Shown here: positions 19,536 through 29,743 of the stretch, one piece after another
Position numbering within the stretch: position 1 is the stretch's first letter
Layout: the number at the start of each line of letters is the position of its first letter
Sequence record: MW248466.1
Length of the DNA stretch: 64,000 nt
Strand: one strand, 5' to 3'
The notes under the pieces: generated by a model
The model's input: the letters and a program-made list of their open reading frames with translations, nothing else
Told to the model about the DNA's origin: nothing
Database searches by the model: none
Translations under genes and position numbers: made by a program

Positions 19536-22500
19536 CTATTTCAATTCTTCTAATAAACGGTCTAATTCTTTAGTAGATGCTAATGTATTTCTATCTATAT
19601 TAGCTAACATTCTTACTAAATCATCTGAATACCATAATTTTTCATAATCATAAGTATAACCAGAGTTACCATTTTCAATTTTAGAATTTTTATAATTGTT
19701 TACAATTTTATTATAATGGTTAGTTACTCGGTTTTTACCTTTTATAAATTCTTTATTCACATTTTCATTATTAATGACATTACTTTGTCCATTTTGATAG
19801 TTGTTATTAACTGTTTGAGTATTTTTACTACCTTGATTATTGACATTGTTATTACCTTTATTAATATTAGAGAAATCACTATTATTTAATGTTGGTAATT
19901 GGAATACCGGAGGATTTCCGATATTCTTATTATTAGTTATTTGAGAACTTGATTCTTGTGGTTTAGATGGCGATGCTGAAGAATCAGAACTATCTGAAGA
20001 TTCTTTATCTCCAGAATCTTCACTTCCAGATCCTGATGAACCTGATCCGGCTTCAGATTTTTTCTTTTCTTGTTGTTCTTGATCGATCTTTTTAGCTTCT
20101 TCATAGTCAATACCGTATATCTGAGCATAACGTTTCATTAATCTATCATTTAATTCTTCTTGCTCGTCTTCATCCATACGATTATCATCACGACCAGTTA
20201 TTGAACCGTACCAAGTACCATTTTTGAAACTATATTCTGAAGCTCCTGGACCTGATTCACTATTTCCTTCTTGCTCGTCTTCATCACTTTTAGAAGCAGA
20301 AGAACTAGATCCTCCTCCGCCAATAGTCTCTTTAATTGTACTTGCTAAAGCTTTCTTACCTTTACTATTCGGATGAACACCTAAACCATCATTTTCAATC
20401 ATATCAGAACTGGCTTTACTATTCCAGTCTATTACTTTTGAATCTGAACTTTCAATAGCTTTGTTAGTTGCTTCAATAATATCAGAAATATCAGATCCTT
20501 TTCTCTTTTCAGGATCTACATACGTATTAACAAAGTATACATCTGCTTTGTCATACATATCTTCTATTTCTTTAACATTACCTGTAGTTAATCCTCCATT
20601 AGTACCTAATTGTACTATAATTGCATTTTTATCTTTATTGTATTTCTTTTTGTTGGATTCTAATACATTTTTACCATTAGGCGAAGGACCTCCACTTGAA
20701 TAAGTTCTTGAAGGAACTGCATTAATTTGAATTTTACTAACTGATTTTCTTATTTCAGAAGCAGCTCCTGCACCTATGGAGTCACCTACCATAAATACTT
20801 TATTGTAGGATTTACCTCCACCGCCTCCACCAGTTACTGTTTTAGCTATTTTTCTAATGGCTTCAGGAGTATTACTGAATGGAAATCTATCTTTAACAAA
20901 ATTATCAACTCGTTTTTTAATCTTCTTAATATTGTATATATCTGAATTGTAAATCTTAGTTTTTTCTTTTTCTGCCTTTTCTTCAGTTTTCTTCTGATTA
21001 TTTTCTAATTTATTTAAAAGAGCTCTATCATTTCTTACTTCTTTAGCTCTTTGTCTTTTAGCTTCTTTGACTTCTTGTGATTTATAACCACCGTCTACCA
21101 TTTTTACAGTAGGATCAAATGCAGCTCCACCTTTTTTACCTTTTTTAGATTTTCCAGCTTTACTACCTTTGTCTTCATCACTACCGCCTTTAGAACCTTT
21201 TAAAGGAGCTTTAATCCAAGGTGATGGATCTACAGAGTTTTTCTCCATAGCCCAACCGCCTGGTTTACCTTTATTTATTTGGAAGTGAAGGTGACCTGAA
21301 CCAGCAGTATTAGCACCAGTGTTACCTGAGATTGCTATAACTTGTCCAATTTTAACTTTATCGCCCTTTTTAACTAATTGTTTAGATAAATGCATATACG
21401 TACTATAGATGTTACCAGGTGATTTAACTTGAACAACATTACCTCCACCCGGATCGGTGTCTGATCTAATAACTGTACCTTCTACCATACATTTAACTTT
21501 TTGACCTGGAAGCATACCTATATCAATACCATAGTGCTTTCCTCCGTTAAATGATAAACCAGAGTAGTTACCATATGGTTGCCAAATCGCAGCACTTGGT
21601 ATTTTTTTCATCCAAGCACCAACTGTACCATCTGGTATTTGATTAATAGAACCAGGTACAATTTTCTTAGTATTCATATCTACTTCGCCAGCTTCACCTG
21701 AAACTTCAGGTTCACCGTCTCCACCAGAATCGCCACCACTAGAATTTTTCATTTTAGACATTGCAACAACCATTTCTTCCATTTTAACTAAGAAACGACT
21801 GAACCAGTCTCCAATTTCACCTTTACCATATTTAGAGAAATCAATTCCACCCTTAGCTATCTGATACAAACTACCTAGAGGTGTACTCATGAACATATCT
21901 TTTTGAATATTTTCTTCAGCCTTCGGTCCTGATTTCATTTTATTATCGGTAACTGTTTTAAACATATCTCCGCCAACTTTAGCTAGTGGGAACATAGGAG
22001 ATGCTCTAAACATTAGTTTAGAAGTACTTAATATTAATCTACCTAGACCTGTTTCATCTTCAGTATGTTTTTCTTCTTTACTTTTAGCTTCATCCTCTAT
22101 TTTATCACCGGGATGCTCTCCAATTCCAAAGAAGCTACCTAATGTTTTAATTGGATGTTTTAATGATTCTATAGGATGTTTAATAGTCTTAATAATATCA
22201 GGAGCCCACAATGCTGCACCAATTACTGGTCCAACGAATGGTATGAATGGTAATGCTGTTTTCAATCCTGCTTTTAATGCAAATTTTCCTCCAGCTTTCG
22301 CTGCACCTTTACCAAATAATTTATTTTTAGCTTTACCTATAGCACCAAAAGCTTTTCCTCCAAGTTTCTTAGCTCCGCCAAATAAACCTTTACCGATAGA
22401 TTTAACTCTGTTAAAGCCATTAGAAGCAAATTTACTTAATCCCTTAGTAGCAGCTGAAGCATTCTTTTTATTAAATATTTTAGATATACCACTTTTAGCT

Positions 22501-25493
22501 ACGTTCCCTATAGTTTTACCAACACTTAATCCTTTTTTGACTAATCCTGCACCTTTACCGATAACCATTTTGCCTAAAGCTTTAACAGTAGGTATTTTAC
22601 CTTTAGCAAATTTCCCAATACCTTTAAATACGTTACCTATCTTTTTAGGAACACCTGTAATACCTTTAAATAATTTTCCTAATCCAAATTTTCCAGCTAT
22701 ATTTTTAATTCCGCCACCTATTTTACCTAACATTCCAGGCATACCAGTAAAGAATTTACCTATTCCACCCGGTAATAATTTAGATAATAATTTAGGTCCA
22801 AATTTAGCAGCTAAGAACCCTCCAGCACCTAGCATAGCAGCGTTACCTAAGAACCCTCCAGCAGATGACAAGAATCCTTTTTTACCAGTTTCTGGACCGT
22901 TCTTACCATTTATACCTTTCATTAATGATCCTAATACAGCTGCAGAAGTTCCAGCAAATAAAACTGGTCCCATTTTACTAAAATCAAGCATACCACTCAT
23001 CATCTTTTTAGTACCAATGGATTTCTCAGCTTCTCCGCCTTTTCCAAAGTTTATATTACCTCTAATAGACTCAGCAATTTCTTTCTTACTAGATCCAGTC
23101 ATTGTAGACATAACATTTTCTCCAAGTTTTCCAGTATCAGCAGTTGAAAGACCTTGTTTCATTCTTTCTAAAGCTCCAGCATCTTGAGAATCTTCCATAT
23201 CTTTTTTAATAGTTGGATCGTTACCAAAAGCAGTTTTAACTAAATCAATTATTGTACTCTTAGCTTTCTTTTCTTTTTCTTCTCTAGTTAAATCATCTAT
23301 AGTTTTACTTGGTTCTTTAGTGTAAGCATCTTTATTAGCTTCATTATTATTAATTGATAATTTATTTAAACCAGGAATATTCTTCATTAAATCCGTTAAT
23401 GGATTATTGTCTATAATACTAGATTGATTTATATTCTGGTAAGGATGTTCATCATCTTGAACTGGTTGAATATTTTCTTGAGATGAATCAACTCTATTAG
23501 ATGCAGAAGAAACCATATCTTTAATAGCACTTGTAGGATTTTCTTTGTATTCTTTAGCTTTACTAACTGCATTAGAAAGACTATTTAATTTATCCATTAC
23601 AGAAGCATGAGCTTCATTACTTCCATTATTTCCACTTAGAATAGGGAAACTTTTACCTTTATCTATGATATTATTGATTGTATTAACTTTATTATTAATA
23701 AATTCTTTATTATCATTAATATTACCACTACTGAAATTATTGTCTAATTTTCTTTCTATTTCTAAGAAAATATTTTTAATTTCTTCTAAATCACTATTTT
23801 CCCAGTTAATATTACCAAAATCTTTAATCTGATTAATATTATCATTATTATTAGATCTAGAATATGTTGAATTAGATTTATTTAAACCTTCAATTTCAGT
23901 AAATGCCATTATTCTTGAATTATCTTTTTTATCAAGTGTTTTTGAAACGGATTTTTTAATATTGAATAAATCAGTATTGAATTTAGCCGAGTCTTTTTCA
24001 AATACTTCAGATAATGATTCAGTATTAACATTTATATTTTTCTGATTGATTATTTCTTTAAGTTTAGAAGTCTTTTTAATAGGTTTGTCTATTTTAGTTA
24101 ATTCAGTTAAAACTTCTTTAGTTCTTTCTTCATCATTATCCAATTTAGATAATAGTTCTTTACCTAAATAAGTGTCTTTAAAGTTAAATAATGAGTCTGA
24201 TTTAATTTTATCTAAGTCTTTTTCCTTAGCAGAACCTCGACTTTCCCAAACACCTTTTCGGTAGTTATAAATACTACCTAATTCAGCATTATCTGCTAGT
24301 CCACCTGAACGTCCTTCTTTTTTAGCTATCAAATTACCTTGAAGCCTAGATAAGAAATCTGGTATAACTTTATTAATAGACGTATGAGATTCCATATCAA
24401 ATTCAACAGGAGTATCTTTTTTACGTTTATTTTTTAGAGAAATACCACCTTTACCATCGCCTAATAATTCTTCTTTAAATTGATCTAGTCTACCTGAAAG
24501 AGCGTTTCCTAAATTAGATATATACTTATTATCATTGCCAGTTAATCTTTCTAAACCTTTATTAAGTTTACTATCTTCATCAAGATTTCTATTAATAAGC
24601 ATAGACCCTATATTCTGTGGATCAAATCTTTTATTCAATCTATTAAATATATTTTTATTATCGCCTTCAGGATCATAACCACCAATATCACCGTATAGAA
24701 GTTTATTAAAAGCAATTTTAGCTCCTTGAGTTGCAGCAAATTCAATAGGATTCTTAGCTACACCCATTAACATTGATTTAAGTTGATCACCGGACATCAT
24801 ACCCATTAATAAATTTTCAGGATTAGTTTTCTCGTCCAAATATTTTAATAAACTAACATTTCCATTTAATATGGAATGTAATTTATTTTGTTTATTTCTT
24901 TTGGTATTTTCTTCCATTATCGTATTCTGGTATATACCATCTTGTATTGTACTTAAATTTGATAAAGCTGAATCTACGAGACTGTTAGTTGCTTGCATTG
25001 ATAAAGAATAATTATTCAGTGCAATATTTGTTCCAACAAATCCTCTTTGATTTATCTCAGCTAAATTATTCATTGCTACTAGAGGTGAATTTGTTATTCT
25101 AGATTTCTTTTTATCTGATAAACTAACAATTTCAGATTTAGTTCCATCAGGATTATCGATATATTCTGTTACTGATTTATATTCAGGTTTTTCATTAGAT
25201 AATTTTTCATTACTACTTGAAAAAAGATCATTTTCATTAGATTTATTTTTTAGTGTTTTTAATAAATCATTAGTAGAACCTTTAACTTCAGAAAATTTCT
25301 TTAATCTTCTTTCATCATTGTTGAATAATTTTAAACCTGAATCTCCCACTATAGCATCTAATGATGGATTAGATTTTATAAACGCATTAAAAAGAATACG
25401 ACCAGTATTTTTAGAAGCATTTTTAATGACAGTTGATTTATTATTATTTTCTAATTGTCTAATATTCTTTTTATTTCTATTATTTTTAGCCAA
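19536..25493 (-). CDS. tape-measure-like tail protein B with M23 peptidase and SGNH hydrolase domains
   Basis: HYGIDIG...GHLHFQI (M23 Zn ligands, ~21240-21580); VGDS...QLGTNG...DGLGVHP (SGNH, ~20320-20810); paralogous to 13630-19512. Confidence 0.8.
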   Translation of the reverse strand: MAKNNRNKKNIRQLENNNKSTVIKNASKNTGRILFNAFIKSNPSLDAIVGDSGLKLFNNDERRLKKFSEVKGSTNDLLKTLKNKSNENDLFSSSNEKLSNEKPEYKSVTEYIDNPDGTKSEIVSLSDKKKSRITNSPLVAMNNLAEINQRGFVGTNIALNNYSLSMQATNSLVDSALSNLSTIQDGIYQNTIMEENTKRNKQNKLHSILNGNVSLLKYLDEKTNPENLLMGMMSGDQLKSMLMGVAKNPIEFAATQGAKIAFNKLLYGDIGGYDPEGDNKNIFNRLNKRFDPQNIGSMLINRNLDEDSKLNKGLERLTGNDNKYISNLGNALSGRLDQFKEELLGDGKGGISLKNKRKKDTPVEFDMESHTSINKVIPDFLSRLQGNLIAKKEGRSGGLADNAELGSIYNYRKGVWESRGSAKEKDLDKIKSDSLFNFKDTYLGKELLSKLDNDEERTKEVLTELTKIDKPIKKTSKLKEIINQKNINVNTESLSEVFEKDSAKFNTDLFNIKKSVSKTLDKKDNSRIMAFTEIEGLNKSNSTYSRSNNNDNINQIKDFGNINWENSDLEEIKNIFLEIERKLDNNFSSGNINDNKEFINNKVNTINNIIDKGKSFPILSGNNGSNEAHASVMDKLNSLSNAVSKAKEYKENPTSAIKDMVSSASNRVDSSQENIQPVQDDEHPYQNINQSSIIDNNPLTDLMKNIPGLNKLSINNNEANKDAYTKEPSKTIDDLTREEKEKKAKSTIIDLVKTAFGNDPTIKKDMEDSQDAGALERMKQGLSTADTGKLGENVMSTMTGSSKKEIAESIRGNINFGKGGEAEKSIGTKKMMSGMLDFSKMGPVLFAGTSAAVLGSLMKGINGKNGPETGKKGFLSSAGGFLGNAAMLGAGGFLAAKFGPKLLSKLLPGGIGKFFTGMPGMLGKIGGGIKNIAGKFGLGKLFKGITGVPKKIGNVFKGIGKFAKGKIPTVKALGKMVIGKGAGLVKKGLSVGKTIGNVAKSGISKIFNKKNASAATKGLSKFASNGFNRVKSIGKGLFGGAKKLGGKAFGAIGKAKNKLFGKGAAKAGGKFALKAGLKTALPFIPFVGPVIGAALWAPDIIKTIKHPIESLKHPIKTLGSFFGIGEHPGDKIEDEAKSKEEKHTEDETGLGRLILSTSKLMFRASPMFPLAKVGGDMFKTVTDNKMKSGPKAEENIQKDMFMSTPLGSLYQIAKGGIDFSKYGKGEIGDWFSRFLVKMEEMVVAMSKMKNSSGGDSGGDGEPEVSGEAGEVDMNTKKIVPGSINQIPDGTVGAWMKKIPSAAIWQPYGNYSGLSFNGGKHYGIDIGMLPGQKVKCMVEGTVIRSDTDPGGGNVVQVKSPGNIYSTYMHLSKQLVKKGDKVKIGQVIAISGNTGANTAGSGHLHFQINKGKPGGWAMEKNSVDPSPWIKAPLKGSKGGSDEDKGSKAGKSKKGKKGGAAFDPTVKMVDGGYKSQEVKEAKRQRAKEVRNDRALLNKLENNQKKTEEKAEKEKTKIYNSDIYNIKKIKKRVDNFVKDRFPFSNTPEAIRKIAKTVTGGGGGGKSYNKVFMVGDSIGAGAASEIRKSVSKIQINAVPSRTYSSGGPSPNGKNVLESNKKKYNKDKNAIIVQLGTNGGLTTGNVKEIEDMYDKADVYFVNTYVDPEKRKGSDISDIIEATNKAIESSDSKVIDWNSKASSDMIENDGLGVHPNSKGKKALASTIKETIGGGGSSSSASKSDEDEQEGNSESGPGASEYSFKNGTWYGSITGRDDNRMDEDEQEELNDRLMKRYAQIYGIDYEEAKKIDQEQQEKKKSEAGSGSSGSGSEDSGDKESSDSSDSSASPSKPQESSSQITNNKNIGNPPVFQLPTLNNSDFSNINKGNNNVNNQGSKNTQTVNNNYQNGQSNVINNENVNKEFIKGKNRVTNHYNKIVNNYKNSKIENGNSGYTYDYEKLWYSDDLVRMLANIDRNTLASTKELDRLLEELK
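20049..20249 (-). repeat. copy 2 of ~200-bp shared segment
   Basis: Encodes PGASEYSFKNGTWYGSITGRDDNRMDEDEQEELNDRLMKRYAQIYGIDYEEAKKIDQEQQEK. Confidence 0.9.
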
Positions 25494-25526
25494 ACTTCAA
25501 ATTCACCCCTAACATGATTTTCTTAA

Positions 25527-25538
25527 TACATATATGTT
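25527..25538 (-). promoter_or_regulatory. putative late promoter AACA-N6-TA
   Basis: Minus strand AACAtatatgTA upstream of the tail operon starting at 25493. Confidence 0.45.
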
Positions 25539-25571
25539 TCTATCAGATTCATATAGATTAAATTAAAGGAT

Positions 25572-25639
25572 AAAAAAAAAATAAAATATTCACCCTAACA
25601 CAAATAATCCAATTAAGGACTAAATGTGTTAGGGTGAAT
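25572..25639 (-). terminator. terminator for minus-strand gene 25645-26313
   Basis: ATTCACCCTAACACA...TGTGTTAGGGTGAAT stem with an A10 tract on the + strand (U-tract on -). Confidence 0.6.
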
Positions 25640-25644
25640 TAATA

Positions 25645-26313
25645 TTATTTATTCTTGACTACATCTTGTATTTTATTCAATACACTATCTAAATTTTTAG
25701 TATAAACTAAATTATTAAATAATACATCTAATAAAAGCACTATCGTTCTATGAATGATATAAAATAAATTATTAACTATTTTATTTTGTTCTTCTTCACT
25801 AATTTCTTCTTTATCTTGATGATATTTTCTATTAGGTAATGAACGTCTACTTAATCCCATACACTCAACTAAACCTTCATTTAATTTTGTTTTAATATAA
25901 TTAAGTCTATCATAATCATTAATGCTTTTATCGTTAGCTAAAAGAAGAGTTCTGTTATAATTGATATTACTTGTTTGAGGAAATTCATTATCCATATATT
26001 TATCCAATAATGTTGAATTAATAGATATTAAGTAAAGAATAATATCTAACAATTCTTTTGATGCATTACTAATGTATCCAAACTTTTCAGTCTGATTATA
26101 TTCAGGATTATTAGTAACTTGATTTATTTCATAATTGAATTCATGAATTTCTTCAACTATTTGAGGTATGAATCTATCTAGCATTTGATGTACTTCCTCG
26201 TCACCAAAATCGTAACGAGAAATTACACTTATATGATTTGCATACATAGCTTTTATATCTAATTCAATAGATTCTCTTTTCTTATAAAAATGTTGCATTG
26301 ACAATTCCTCCAT
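25645..26313 (-). CDS. putative all-alpha NTP pyrophosphatase (MazG/dimeric dUTPase-like)
   Basis: VEEIHEF and KELLDIILY resemble the EExxE / ExxD acidic motifs. Confidence 0.45.
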   Translation of the reverse strand: MEELSMQHFYKKRESIELDIKAMYANHISVISRYDFGDEEVHQMLDRFIPQIVEEIHEFNYEINQVTNNPEYNQTEKFGYISNASKELLDIILYLISINSTLLDKYMDNEFPQTSNINYNRTLLLANDKSINDYDRLNYIKTKLNEGLVECMGLSRRSLPNRKYHQDKEEISEEEQNKIVNNLFYIIHRTIVLLLDVLFNNLVYTKNLDSVLNKIQDVVKNK

Positions 26314-26327
26314 ATTTCTAATTGGTC

Positions 26328-27245
26328 TTATCTAAAACGTTTTTTGTATTCTTCTTCATATTTAGCATTGACATCTGAAACTTTAATATCTTTACCATCA
26401 TCCGTTTTAAAGTTATCTTTATCAATTTCTTCACCTTTAATTACTTCTTTATCTTCATTTTCTACTTTAGCTACCATAGCAATATGAGGTGGTACAAATG
26501 ATGCTTGTTTAATTGTTTCCATTTTAGCATTATGAATACGTCCTTTAATTAATTTACGAGAGAAATGTACATTTTTCATAGTTATTGTTTTACCTTTAAC
26601 TAATGCATTTTCTCTAAGTTCATCAATTTTATTAATAATATCACTTAATTCTTTTTTAGAATATTCATTCTCTTCTAGATTTATTACTAAGTCATTAACA
26701 AGTTCTTCTTTAGTATAAGATTTCTCACTGAATTTTTTAACATTTTTCTTTTTATTAGTCATTTTCTTTTTACCAACCTTCTGATTTGATTTAGTTTTTG
26801 TACTTTGTTTTTTCTCTTTTAATACTGGATTCTTAACTTCTTCTTTAACCTCTTCTTGCTTAGTTTCTTCTTTAACCTCTTCTGGCTCAGTTTCTTTTTG
26901 CTTAATCTCTTTTGCTTTTTCTGGATTTATACCTGAAGCTGTTACAGTTACTTTATCATAAGAACTTTCTGTTGGAATATCTTTAAGATTAATTTCAACA
27001 TCTTTAAGTTCATCTGAATTGATGAAAATTTCTTTTTTATCATAATTAATCTTAATAACATTATCATCTTCAGGAATTAAAACTAAATTCTTTCTGTCAT
27101 ATTTCTCTGGGATAGTTTCAATATCAAATGTAATTGTATCTCCTTCATATCCTTGTTCTTCTGATAATTTAATCTTAGCTGACTCTAATACAGTTAAATC
27201 CTCTTTTTCTTTTGTAACTTTCTTTCTTGTAATTGCCATATCCAA
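26328..27245 (-). CDS. protein with C-terminal HU/IHF-like DNA-binding domain
   Basis: YTKEELVNDLV...SKKELSDII...NALVKGKTITMKNVHF matches the HU helix1-helix2-beta pattern; central E/K-rich linker. Confidence 0.5.
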   Translation of the reverse strand: MDMAITRKKVTKEKEDLTVLESAKIKLSEEQGYEGDTITFDIETIPEKYDRKNLVLIPEDDNVIKINYDKKEIFINSDELKDVEINLKDIPTESSYDKVTVTASGINPEKAKEIKQKETEPEEVKEETKQEEVKEEVKNPVLKEKKQSTKTKSNQKVGKKKMTNKKKNVKKFSEKSYTKEELVNDLVINLEENEYSKKELSDIINKIDELRENALVKGKTITMKNVHFSRKLIKGRIHNAKMETIKQASFVPPHIAMVAKVENEDKEVIKGEEIDKDNFKTDDGKDIKVSDVNAKYEEEYKKRFR

Positions 27246-27299
27246 ATCTCTCCTTATATAAAATGATTTGAAGTTAATATTCTTACTAACTTCATTAAA

Positions 27300-27312
27300 A
27301 TAATATATATTT
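27300..27312 (-). promoter_or_regulatory. AAATATATATTAT motif (putative early promoter)
   Basis: Exact 13-mer on minus strand upstream of 27245 gene; one of 7 intergenic copies. Confidence 0.6.
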
Positions 27313-27585
27313 ATATTATTAATTGAAGTTTATAAATTTTTATTATTAGAGTTTTTCTATGATCCAAAGTATTAATATATTTTATTAATTAAGAATATAT
27401 TTATTAATAATATTTATATTAATTATTAAATTTATAATTACTTACTAATATAAGTAATATATTAATACAGAATTTTAAAAATTTATAAGTAAAAATTTTA
27501 TAAAATCTGAATAACCAATTTATATTAATTAAAAAATCAATGACGTTTAAAAATATAATAAATTTGATCGAGGTGTATTGAGATA

Positions 27586-28794
27586 ATGGGTTTAAATAAA
27601 AAACAAGAAGAAGGATTAAGATTATCTAAAGAATGGTATAATAATGATAGTCATAGACCTTTTGTATTATCAGGTATTGCTGGAAGCGGGAAGTCATTTA
27701 CAATGACTAAAATAATTGATTCTTTAGGTTTACATGAAGCTAATGTTTCTTTTATAGCATATACAGGAATGGCTGCAGGTGTATTAGTTAAAAGAGGTTT
27801 GAATGCTACTACAATTCATAGAACTATTTATAATCATTTTATGGATGAAAAAACTGGTAAAGTGAATTTTAGACTAAAAGATGAATTACCGAGAGATATT
27901 AAATTAATAATTATAGACGAAGTTTCAATGGTTCCTATGAAGATGATAGAAGAAATTCAAAGTTTTGGAATACCTATACTATGTTTAGGAGATCCAGCAC
28001 AGCTTAAAAGTTTATCAGGAAGAAATGAATTATTAGATAAACCTGATATATTTTTAGATGAACCAGTAAGACAATCATTAGATAATCCTATACTCGTTGC
28101 AGCTAATTTAGTTCGTAATGGTAAAGATTTAGAATATGGTTCATATGGAGATAATGTACATGTAATTACTTCAGATGAATTGACTTTAGATATGTATCAG
28201 AATGCAGATCAAGTTCTAATGAGCTATAATAGAACAGTGGATCAATTTAATAGATTCTATAGAAGCCAAATATTAAATATTGATGTTGAAAATAATCCAT
28301 TTCCTAAAGAAGATGAAAAAATTATTTGTCTAAAAAATAATTGGTCTAAAGTAGTTAATGAAGGTAATATAACTCAATACTTAACTAATGGTTTGATTGG
28401 TAATATAACTAGATCTGGTAAAAAGAAACCTATGACTAAATCAACTCAGTTGGATTTTAAACCTAAAGGTTTTGAAATGGAAAGATTTAGTAGAATATAT
28501 TACGATGATTTAATCTTTGAAGGTACTATTGGAGATCAACAAGAACTATTTGATTTAAGATTCAAAGATAATGAAATTAATAAAATATTTAAGAAACGTT
28601 ATGTAACTGAAATGTCTGATTTTGGTATGAAAGTAAATCCATTTAATTTTGCATACGGAATTACTATTCATAAATCTCAAGGTTCTGAATTTGATAATGT
28701 AATAGTATTTAGTGAAAATATGAGTAAAGATAGATTTAAGTCATTGTATACAGCTATTACTCGTGCTAAAAAGAATTTGATTGTAGTTCAATAA
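27586..28794 (+). CDS. RecD/Dda-like SF1B DNA helicase
   Basis: GIAGSGKS (Walker A), IIIDEVSM, LGDPAQL, YGITIHKSQGSEF, YTAITRAK. Confidence 0.9.
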   Translation: MGLNKKQEEGLRLSKEWYNNDSHRPFVLSGIAGSGKSFTMTKIIDSLGLHEANVSFIAYTGMAAGVLVKRGLNATTIHRTIYNHFMDEKTGKVNFRLKDELPRDIKLIIIDEVSMVPMKMIEEIQSFGIPILCLGDPAQLKSLSGRNELLDKPDIFLDEPVRQSLDNPILVAANLVRNGKDLEYGSYGDNVHVITSDELTLDMYQNADQVLMSYNRTVDQFNRFYRSQILNIDVENNPFPKEDEKIICLKNNWSKVVNEGNITQYLTNGLIGNITRSGKKKPMTKSTQLDFKPKGFEMERFSRIYYDDLIFEGTIGDQQELFDLRFKDNEINKIFKKRYVTEMSDFGMKVNPFNFAYGITIHKSQGSEFDNVIVFSENMSKDRFKSLYTAITRAKKNLIVVQ

Positions 28795-28805
28795 TATGTA
28801 TAAGG

Positions 28806-29066
28806 ATGATACAAGTGAATAATAATAATGTAAGTAGTAAAATCAATAAAAATCAATTACAAACAGCAATGAATAATATGACTAAAAATATAAATGATAT
28901 AAGTAGAAAGATGACTGGACAAGATAGAATTGATGAAATTAATAGACTTAAAAGAGAAAATGAAGAATTACATCGTTTTCTCTTTAAGATATATCAAGAT
29001 GATGATTTTGATAGAAGAGAATTGAAGAAAATTATATTTAAAGATGTAAATAAAAAATTTAAATAA
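28806..29066 (+). CDS. small coiled-coil paralog
   Basis: LKRENEELHRFL motif shared with neighbours. Confidence 0.7.
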   Translation: MIQVNNNNVSSKINKNQLQTAMNNMTKNINDISRKMTGQDRIDEINRLKRENEELHRFLFKIYQDDDFDRRELKKIIFKDVNKKFK

Positions 29067-29068
29067 GG

Positions 29069-29275
29069 GTGATTAAGTTGAATTCAGATATACAAATAGA
29101 TAGAAGCGGACTTCGTATAAAAACTAATGATGTATATGCAAATGAGTTAAGTAAAATTAGAGAAGAAAATAAAAAATTAAAAGATTTTATTATTGGTATT
29201 AAAAATAATGGCGGTTATAATGAAAAGGAATTAAATAAAATAGTAAATGAAATTGTTAAGGAGAATTTAAAATAA
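29069..29275 (+). CDS. small coiled-coil paralog with C-terminal KENLK tag
   Basis: IREENKKLKDFI; ends EIVKENLK. Confidence 0.7.
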   Translation: MIKLNSDIQIDRSGLRIKTNDVYANELSKIREENKKLKDFIIGIKNNGGYNEKELNKIVNEIVKENLK

Positions 29276-29730
29276 TGTCAAATGAAAAAATTATTGCTAA
29301 AGAATTAACTTTAGATCAAAAAATTAAAATGTTAGAACCAAAGATAGATGAAGAAGCATATTTAAGACCATTAAGTCAAGTGGATGAATCTTTTTATAAT
29401 GAAGTTATTAAAGATGAATTAATTGAGAAAATTAATAATGAAGACCATAAATTTGAAAGTAATTTTGATTATCATATATTTAAAAACGGACCAGTACAAT
29501 TATTAGGTTTCATTTATAAATTTGAATTTAATGAAAATGCAGTAAAGGTTAAAAAAGAGAAACCTAATGAAGGTAATATCTATTTTGGAAGTTTTATATT
29601 AAATAATAAAAATAAAAAAGATGATTCAATATATTTACTTAGAGTTGATAGTAGTTTAGTTGATTTCAGTATATTAGAAAATAAAAAGTATAAAGAATTT
29701 GGGCGTAATTTATTTAAATTGATTAAATAA
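29275..29730 (+). CDS. hypothetical protein
   Basis: ORF with stop/start overlap (TAATG). Confidence 0.7.
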   Translation: MSNEKIIAKELTLDQKIKMLEPKIDEEAYLRPLSQVDESFYNEVIKDELIEKINNEDHKFESNFDYHIFKNGPVQLLGFIYKFEFNENAVKVKKEKPNEGNIYFGSFILNNKNKKDDSIYLLRVDSSLVDFSILENKKYKEFGRNLFKLIK

Positions 29731-29743
29731 GGGTGATTTAAAA

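Noticed and set aside
13662-25512. Multiple overlapping or antisense ORFs inside the two giant tail genes (e.g. 16937-17380, 22243-23187, 13754-14128)
   Set aside because: Shadow ORFs produced by G/A- and N-rich low-complexity codons on the opposite strand or frame
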